From Clostridiales bacterium (GTDB lineage: Bacteria; Bacillota; Clostridia; Saccharofermentanales; Saccharofermentanaceae), in the NCBI GenBank assembly GCA_017513085.1, contig JAFWDK010000010.1, positions 256,001 to 320,000 of the forward strand: a DNA stretch of 64,000 nt. The letters run 5' to 3'. Under the pieces are notes generated by a model. The model did no database searches and was not told the origin of the DNA. It worked only from the letters and a program-made list of their open reading frames with translations. Positions 58,630 to 64,000 of the stretch are shown piece by piece. The first letter of the stretch is position 1. Every line of letters begins with the position of its first letter. A program made the translations under genes and the position numbers.

Positions 58630-60603
58630 ATGTCCAGAATTCATGTTCTTGATGCGGCAACCGCCAATGCGATCGCTGCCGGTGAAGTTATTGAACGCCC
58701 GATGTCTATAGTAAAAGAACTGATGGAAAACTCAATTGATGCCGGGGCCACGCAGATCACAGTTGAGATCAAAGATGGCGGCATCACTTTTATCCGTGTC
58801 CGGGATAACGGTTGCGGAATGGATGAAGAAGATGCAAAGAATGCATTCATTTGTCATGCCACCAGTAAGATCACGTCTCTGGACGAACTTTTCTCTCTTC
58901 ATTCTATGGGATTCCGTGGTGAGGCGCTTGCTAGTATATCTGCCGCTGCCAAAGTTACACTTACTACAAAAGAACCGCTTGCCGAACGTGGAACATGCAT
59001 CCGTTATGAAGGTGGTCAGTTTATTTCCTGTACGCCTGTGGGCGCTTCCTCCGGCACCACCGTCGAAGTATCCGATCTGTTCTATAATCTCCCGGCGCGT
59101 TTTAAGTTCTTAAAGAAAGACCAGACCGAAGCCAACTATATTCAGGTACTTGTAGAGCGCTTTATTCTTTGTCACACAGACATTTCTTTTAAGTTTATCA
59201 AGAATGGAAAGACGATCCTGAACAGTCCGGGAAACTGCGACCCTGCATCCGCTCTTTATACTGTATATGGAAAAGAAATCGTGAATAATTGCCGTCCAAT
59301 CGATTGTACGATCGACGGAATCACGGTAAAAGGATTTGCCGGACTTCCACATATCTCCCGAGCATCCCGTTCGGAACAGATCATTTTCGTAAATCAGCGT
59401 CTGATCCGCTCAAAAACAATTTCTGCGGCTATCGATGCTGCTTACACTAATATGCTGATGAAAGGAAAATATGCTTTTGTGATCCTGGATATCCTGATGC
59501 CGTCTTCAGATCTGGATGTCAATGTTCATCCGCAAAAAGCTGAAGTTCGATTCTCCAATGAATCTGTGATCTATCGTGCTGTGTATCATGCCATTATGAA
59601 CACACTTGCGCAAGAATCCATGAGCGTCGATTATTCTTTTTCTAAAGAAGACAAAGCGGAAAAAAACCAGGTAGAAGAGAAGAAAGAAGCAGTACATGAG
59701 GCGATTAAACCGGAACCGGTCAGGGATCCGGGATTCGTTGCGCCACTTCCGCAAACACCCCCTAAGGCTGTATCTTCATCCGCATCTTCATATCCGCCCA
59801 AGGATTTTACATCTTCAATCGGATACAAAAATGCATACTTTACCGAGAGCACTTTACAAGAGACTCCATCTTCCTATTCTGTGTCTTCAACTGACATTCC
59901 GAATCTGGTATCACCGGTTGAGAACGATAAACAAGAACCATCATTATCGGAACCGGAAAAAGAATTCACACAGCCTGAACTTCCGGCTTCTGCTTTCACG
60001 TCAAAAGAGGAAAGCCTTTCGGAATTGTTATCTTCCCGAGTGATCGGTACTTTGTTTGATACATATATACTTATGGAATCTCCGGACAAGCAGCTTCTCA
60101 TGATCGATCAGCATGCCGCACATGAAAAAATACTTTATGAGAAACTTGTTGATAAAGAGCAAAAGAAAGAAGTTGTTTCCCAGCCATTGCTTGCTCCTGT
60201 CATTATATCAATGTCCCGTTCCGATATTTCATTTATTGAAGAAAACATGGAACAGTTGACCGGCATAGGCTTTGAAATCTCTTCGCTGGGAGATAATGAT
60301 CTGGCAATCCGGTCCATTCCTGCTCAGATCGAACCTGAATCGGTTAGGGAATCCTTCATTGCTATGGTCGATGAGTGGATGCATGCAAGTAAGACTCAGA
60401 AAGATGCATTGATATTGTCTTTGGCGACCAGTGCTTGTAAAGCTGCAGTGAAAGGTCATGACAAACTACATGATATTGAGATACAAGGTTTGATCGAACA
60501 GCTTTCTAAGCTCCGTGATCCTTATCATTGTCCTCACGGAAGACCGATACTGATCCGTCTATCTCAGAACGAAATTGAAAAAGAGTTCAAACGTATAGTG
60601 TAA
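58630..60603 (+). CDS. mutL: DNA mismatch repair endonuclease MutL
   Basis: IAAGEVIERP, GFRGEAL, DVNVHP, DQHAAHE..LYE, ACK, CPHGRP. Confidence 0.97.
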   Translation: MSRIHVLDAATANAIAAGEVIERPMSIVKELMENSIDAGATQITVEIKDGGITFIRVRDNGCGMDEEDAKNAFICHATSKITSLDELFSLHSMGFRGEALASISAAAKVTLTTKEPLAERGTCIRYEGGQFISCTPVGASSGTTVEVSDLFYNLPARFKFLKKDQTEANYIQVLVERFILCHTDISFKFIKNGKTILNSPGNCDPASALYTVYGKEIVNNCRPIDCTIDGITVKGFAGLPHISRASRSEQIIFVNQRLIRSKTISAAIDAAYTNMLMKGKYAFVILDILMPSSDLDVNVHPQKAEVRFSNESVIYRAVYHAIMNTLAQESMSVDYSFSKEDKAEKNQVEEKKEAVHEAIKPEPVRDPGFVAPLPQTPPKAVSSSASSYPPKDFTSSIGYKNAYFTESTLQETPSSYSVSSTDIPNLVSPVENDKQEPSLSEPEKEFTQPELPASAFTSKEESLSELLSSRVIGTLFDTYILMESPDKQLLMIDQHAAHEKILYEKLVDKEQKKEVVSQPLLAPVIISMSRSDISFIEENMEQLTGIGFEISSLGDNDLAIRSIPAQIEPESVRESFIAMVDEWMHASKTQKDALILSLATSACKAAVKGHDKLHDIEIQGLIEQLSKLRDPYHCPHGRPILIRLSQNEIEKEFKRIV

Positions 60604-60611
60604 GGTTGAAT

Positions 60612-61556
60612 ATGGAAGAGAATGCACAACAGTTGTTTGCTTTGACAGGGTATAGAAGCATACCGGTTATTTGTGGTCCGACAGCAAGCGCAAAAACTTC
60701 ATTGGCGATCCGCGTTGCCCGTGAACTGGACGGACAGATATGCTGTTGTGATTCGATGCAGATCTATAAACATCTCTCGATCGGAACTGCGAAACCGACT
60801 AGAGAAGAGTGTGCTCTGGTACCTCACCATTTGATTGATCTTGTTGAACCGGATACTTCATTTCATGTTGCTTCGTATTTAGATGCTGCTTACACTAAAA
60901 TCGAAGAATTACTTGACTCACATATTCTTCCTGTTTTTTGCGGAGGAACCGGACAGTATGTTTCCGCTCTGCAAAAAGGGATCTCTTTCGATGAGGCACC
61001 GGTAGATCATGAGTTGGAAGAGAAGTATTGGGAAAAATACAGAAAAGATGGAATTGATGACATCTTTGAGAAGCTTCGCGTTATCGATCCCAAAGCAGCA
61101 GAGAAGATACATCCTAATAACACGAAGCGAGTTATTCATACTCTTGCACTTTGTGAGTCATTAGGAAAGACTACTGAGGAGATTCATAAAGATTCAAATA
61201 AGGAAGGTCCACGGTATCCATTTACTCTCTTTTGCATAGATTGGCCGAGAGATGAATTGTATCAAAGAATCAATTTACGTGTGGATCAAATGATGAACGA
61301 TGGTCTTCTTGAGGAAGCCAAATGGCTCTATGATCAAAAGTATGAAAAGAATGTCACGGCACTCCAGGCAATCGGGTATAAGGAGTTTTTTCCATATTTC
61401 GATAACCGTTGCACCTTGGAAGAATCAATTTCATTATTGAAGCAGCATACTCGTAATTATGCTAAGAGACAATTGACCTGGTTTCGCCATTTGGATGGGA
61501 TTCATTGGATTTCTTTTGAGCATATCAAAGATTACTCTGTAAAATCTTTCCTATAA
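60612..61556 (+). CDS. miaA: tRNA dimethylallyltransferase
   Basis: GPTASAKT, DSMQIY, IGTAKP, GGTG, AIGYKE, YAKRQLTWF; start 60606 or 60612. Confidence 0.95.
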   Translation: MEENAQQLFALTGYRSIPVICGPTASAKTSLAIRVARELDGQICCCDSMQIYKHLSIGTAKPTREECALVPHHLIDLVEPDTSFHVASYLDAAYTKIEELLDSHILPVFCGGTGQYVSALQKGISFDEAPVDHELEEKYWEKYRKDGIDDIFEKLRVIDPKAAEKIHPNNTKRVIHTLALCESLGKTTEEIHKDSNKEGPRYPFTLFCIDWPRDELYQRINLRVDQMMNDGLLEEAKWLYDQKYEKNVTALQAIGYKEFFPYFDNRCTLEESISLLKQHTRNYAKRQLTWFRHLDGIHWISFEHIKDYSVKSFL

Positions 61557-61659
61557 TGCCGGAATATACTTTTGAAGTATAAAATAGTGCTTATATTATC
61601 AAGATTAATTTTCATATCCGTGTTATTATTTCCTCACAAGAAGTTTAAAGGAGGAAATA

Positions 61660-62040
61660 ATGATGAAAACAGTCCTAAAGAACACTCACATTCCAAGCCG
61701 TAATGTGGCGAGAAAACCGCATACGAATAATGGGCACAATGCCATAAAAGTTCGTGATCCCGGAACTCGCACACCCATCCACGTTCACGAGATCTTTCTC
61801 AACAGTTGTCGTAAAGATTACACAAGCGTAGAAGTCGTAACCAAGTCAGGTGAGATCATCGATGGAATCATAGACTGTTATGATAAAGACACGATCGTGC
61901 TTCATAACGACATGGCACAATTATTGATCTACAAGCACTCTATCAATTACATTTCTCCCCGAAACGGAAAAAAACTCATCATTCCTGAAGGAGAGATGAG
62001 TCAAATTCCAGATGATGAAGCGTTAATGATTGAAGATTGA
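61660..62040 (+). CDS. hfq: Divergent Hfq-like Sm protein with N- and C-terminal extensions
   Basis: EIFLNSCRK..V....SG..I.G.I..YD...Q.LIYKHSI; follows miaA; AAAGGAGG RBS. Confidence 0.78.
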   Translation: MMKTVLKNTHIPSRNVARKPHTNNGHNAIKVRDPGTRTPIHVHEIFLNSCRKDYTSVEVVTKSGEIIDGIIDCYDKDTIVLHNDMAQLLIYKHSINYISPRNGKKLIIPEGEMSQIPDDEALMIED

Positions 62041-62043
62041 TCT

Positions 62044-62688
62044 TCAGTTGACCTTCGAGCGGAAAACTCCATCGACTACCCCAAGAATGCGACAGTCGTC
62101 ATCTTCGAACGGAATAGGGGAGTAGGCAGGATTTTCAGGAAGAAGCAAAGCGTGACCGCCCTTGTAAGATAATCTCTTTACTGTAGCTTCATTGCCAATC
62201 AGCGCTACAATGATCTGATTCATATTGGCCATGTTATCGCGTCGTACGATCACATAATCTCCATCCATAATGTGAGCATTGATCATACTGTCGCCACGAA
62301 CTTTCAACATAAAATATTCGGAATTTCCGAAATATTCAGACGGAAAGGACATATAACTGTCAATATTCTCCTCAGCAAGGATGGGCACTCCGGCTGTAAC
62401 AGTACCGACCAAAGGAATCTTGGTCGTTGTCATAGCCAGGGAAGTCTTCTTAGCAGGTTCCTTGATCTGGATTGCGCGACGCTTCCCGGGTGTGTACTCA
62501 ATCTTATCCATCTCCACAAGTCGATGAAGATGGGCATGGACTGTGGAGGTGGATTTGATACCCACACCTTGGCATATCTCACGAACAGAAGGCGGATATC
62601 CTTCCTTCTTAACATAAGACACGATAAAGGAATAGATGATTTCCAAAGTTTCACTCAGATTGCTCTTCGTAAATCTGTAAACGCTCAT
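62044..62688 (-). CDS. lexA: SOS repressor LexA
   Basis: GYPPSVREI, STSTVH, TAG cleavage site, GDSM, ATVK, ENP. Confidence 0.96.
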   Translation of the reverse strand: MSVYRFTKSNLSETLEIIYSFIVSYVKKEGYPPSVREICQGVGIKSTSTVHAHLHRLVEMDKIEYTPGKRRAIQIKEPAKKTSLAMTTTKIPLVGTVTAGVPILAEENIDSYMSFPSEYFGNSEYFMLKVRGDSMINAHIMDGDYVIVRRDNMANMNQIIVALIGNEATVKRLSYKGGHALLLPENPAYSPIPFEDDDCRILGVVDGVFRSKVN

Positions 62689-62714
62689 AAATCAACCTCC
62701 ATACGTTTTTATTA

Positions 62715-62754
62715 ATCTTAACATTCCATAGAACAGTTGTCAAACGATTGTTCG
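62715..62754 (-). promoter_or_regulatory. lexA promoter with overlapping SOS box
   Basis: Minus strand TTGACA(62743-62738)-17-TAAGAT(62720-62715); CAAAC-GATT-GTTCG (62741-62754) matches GAAC-N4-GTTC with one mismatch; weaker GAAC-AGTT-GTCA at 62731. Confidence 0.8.
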
Positions 62755-62776
62755 TATTTCGGGAGAGGAGAAGTAT

Positions 62777-62893
62777 ATGAAGAAAAACGGATCGGATACG
62801 CTCACATTACGAGTACTGATCGGATGTCTTGGTGTGATGCTGGTTTTAATCATACTCACTATGCTTGAATATGTGCGATTGATGTGCATTTGA
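62777..62893 (+). CDS. Putative 38-aa single-TM micro-protein divergent from lexA
   Basis: GAGAGGAG RBS 6 nt before ATG; MKKNGSDTLTLRVLIGCLGVMLVLIILTMLEYVRLMCI; below the ORF-track cutoff. Confidence 0.6.
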   Translation: MKKNGSDTLTLRVLIGCLGVMLVLIILTMLEYVRLMCI

Positions 62894-62948
62894 TGCAAGA
62901 GTTTTTTCGTTGTGCTATAATTTTGTGTGAATTAAAGGAAAAAGCAAA

Positions 62949-63518
62949 ATGAGCGATAACGAGAATAATATAGAATTAGAAGAAATAAACCAGGAAGATT
63001 TTGAGCAGGAGCCGGCGGATGAGAAAACCAGAAACGACTCCTGGTGGGAACGTGCATTATTTGCAGTTCTTGGTTTTTTTGCATTTCTGGGAAGAACTAC
63101 ATGGAATTTCTTTAAAACTTTACCGAGCCGTATTTCAGCAAAGATAAAAGAAAAAATTGCCCAGAAAAAGAGGATGCCTAAGCGTAAATCTATTCATAAA
63201 GTCTATGTACTGGTTGGATATACGACCAAAGAATACGTTAATCGGAAATATCGTAAAGAACGTATTTTATTGATCGTTCGAAGGATCTTGGTAGCATGTA
63301 TCATTTTGATCATTCTGGTTATGGCATATCGTTGGATCATGCCACAGTTGGATACTGACGAATATAAACAGATGATCGGAATCAATGATATCAATGATCT
63401 GACTAAGAGTGATCCTTTTGCCAAAGAATCTACAACAGCAGCTGTGCAATTAGATTCACAAGCAGTTACACCAATTCCATCTGCCACGTCAGAAACAATC
63501 GATAGTAGTAATTCTTGA
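62949..63518 (+). CDS. Hypothetical membrane protein
   Basis: AAGGA RBS, TGcTATAAT at 62913-62921, acidic N-terminus, two hydrophobic segments, basic middle, S/T-rich tail. Confidence 0.75.
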   Translation: MSDNENNIELEEINQEDFEQEPADEKTRNDSWWERALFAVLGFFAFLGRTTWNFFKTLPSRISAKIKEKIAQKKRMPKRKSIHKVYVLVGYTTKEYVNRKYRKERILLIVRRILVACIILIILVMAYRWIMPQLDTDEYKQMIGINDINDLTKSDPFAKESTTAAVQLDSQAVTPIPSATSETIDSSNS

Positions 63519-63526
63519 ATATAAGA

Positions 63527-63560
63527 AGGGGCCTTGAAAAGAAAAGGCCCCTGATTTTTT
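63527..63560 (+). terminator. Terminator of the hypothetical gene
   Basis: AGGGGCCTT / AAGGCCCCT followed by GATTTTTT. Confidence 0.75.
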
Positions 63561-63567
63561 ATAGATG

Positions 63568-63599
63568 CAATTAAACAAAATCACAGTTTTGTTTAATTG
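63568..63599. other. Perfect 13-6-13 palindrome, candidate dif site
   Basis: CAATTAAACAAAA-TCACAG-TTTTGTTTAATTG; AT-rich arms, 6-bp asymmetric spacer. Confidence 0.5.
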
Positions 63600-63623
63600 G
63601 GAAGAGGTTTTATAATATAGAAG

Positions 63624-63684
63624 AAACTCTTTCCGAAATATGTTCCAAGCTTACTGAAAGCTTTGTTTTCCGGAAAGAGTTTTT
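63624..63684. terminator. Long hairpin, probably a bidirectional terminator downstream of leuA
   Basis: AAACTCTTTCCG / CGGAAAGAGTTT with internal AAGCT/AGCTT; T-rich on both sides. Confidence 0.55.
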
Positions 63685-63744
63685 GTAAACAAAATCGATG
63701 ACCGCTCAGGAGCGTTTTATTTTCTTTCAGATGATGAATCGTAC

Positions 63745-64000
63745 TTAACGGATCATTCTATTTAATGCGCATACGACAGCTCGCAGTGATGATTTGGTTA
63801 CAGAACTTGAAATTCCTGCTCCAAGATGCAACTCTTTATTATCGTCTTCAAGTTGTACATATGTTATAGCCGCAGAATCTGATCCGCTCTTAATGGCGTG
63901 CTCATTATACATCTTGATGGATATTTTAATGTTCAAGTTCTTTTCAAGACCATTACAGAATGCATCCAATAAACCAATACCATCTCCGTTGATCGTGATG
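63745..64000 (-). CDS. leuA: 2-isopropylmalate synthase, C-terminal regulatory domain (partial, runs off the window)
   Basis: NGDGIGLLDAF...YNEHAI..GSDS.AITYV...GAG......SSLRAVVCALNR. Confidence 0.75.
   Translation of the reverse strand, partial: ITINGDGIGLLDAFCNGLEKNLNIKISIKMYNEHAIKSGSDSAAITYVQLEDDNKELHLGAGISSSVTKSSLRAVVCALNRMIR

Overview
Core chromosomal segment of a Clostridia-type Firmicute (anaerobe-like gene content, mostly + strand genes). From left to right: ymdB-lspA-rluD-phoH-pgpH-(ybeY-era fusion)-recO; a nuclease-DinG helicase; ddh; tRNA-Leu(CAG); a ~20 kb arabinose/arabino-oligosaccharide locus (esterase-GH43-CBM fusion, ArsR-type regulator, GH51, small Cys-rich protein, FGGY kinase, araD, non-AraA pentose isomerase, YesM/YesN-like two-component system, ABC importer, DUF624, SGNH acetylesterase); a lone Xer-type recombinase; asd; tRNA-Ile2/Tyr; galE; tRNA-Leu(CAA); a MoxR-DUF58-VWA-TPR operon; a PyrR-attenuated pyr operon; acyl-CoA ligase-tldD-tldE; a PBP5-like protein; miaB-mutS-mutL-miaA-hfq; lexA; and the 3' end of leuA. 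No IS, prophage or CRISPR array was seen. Top leads: (1) a perfect 13-6-13 palindrome at 63568-63599 whose core resembles single-recombinase dif sites (difSL/difH), a candidate clostridial dif for the lone Xer; (2) a 38-aa membrane micro-ORF missing from the ORF track, divergent from lexA behind an SOS box (YneA/SosA position); (3) an Hfq with both RNA-binding faces altered; (4) a YbeY-Era fusion; (5) an intracellular esterase-GH43 fusion; (6) a PBP5 with SxxQ instead of SxxK. Family assignments come from motif recognition by eye; no database search was run.
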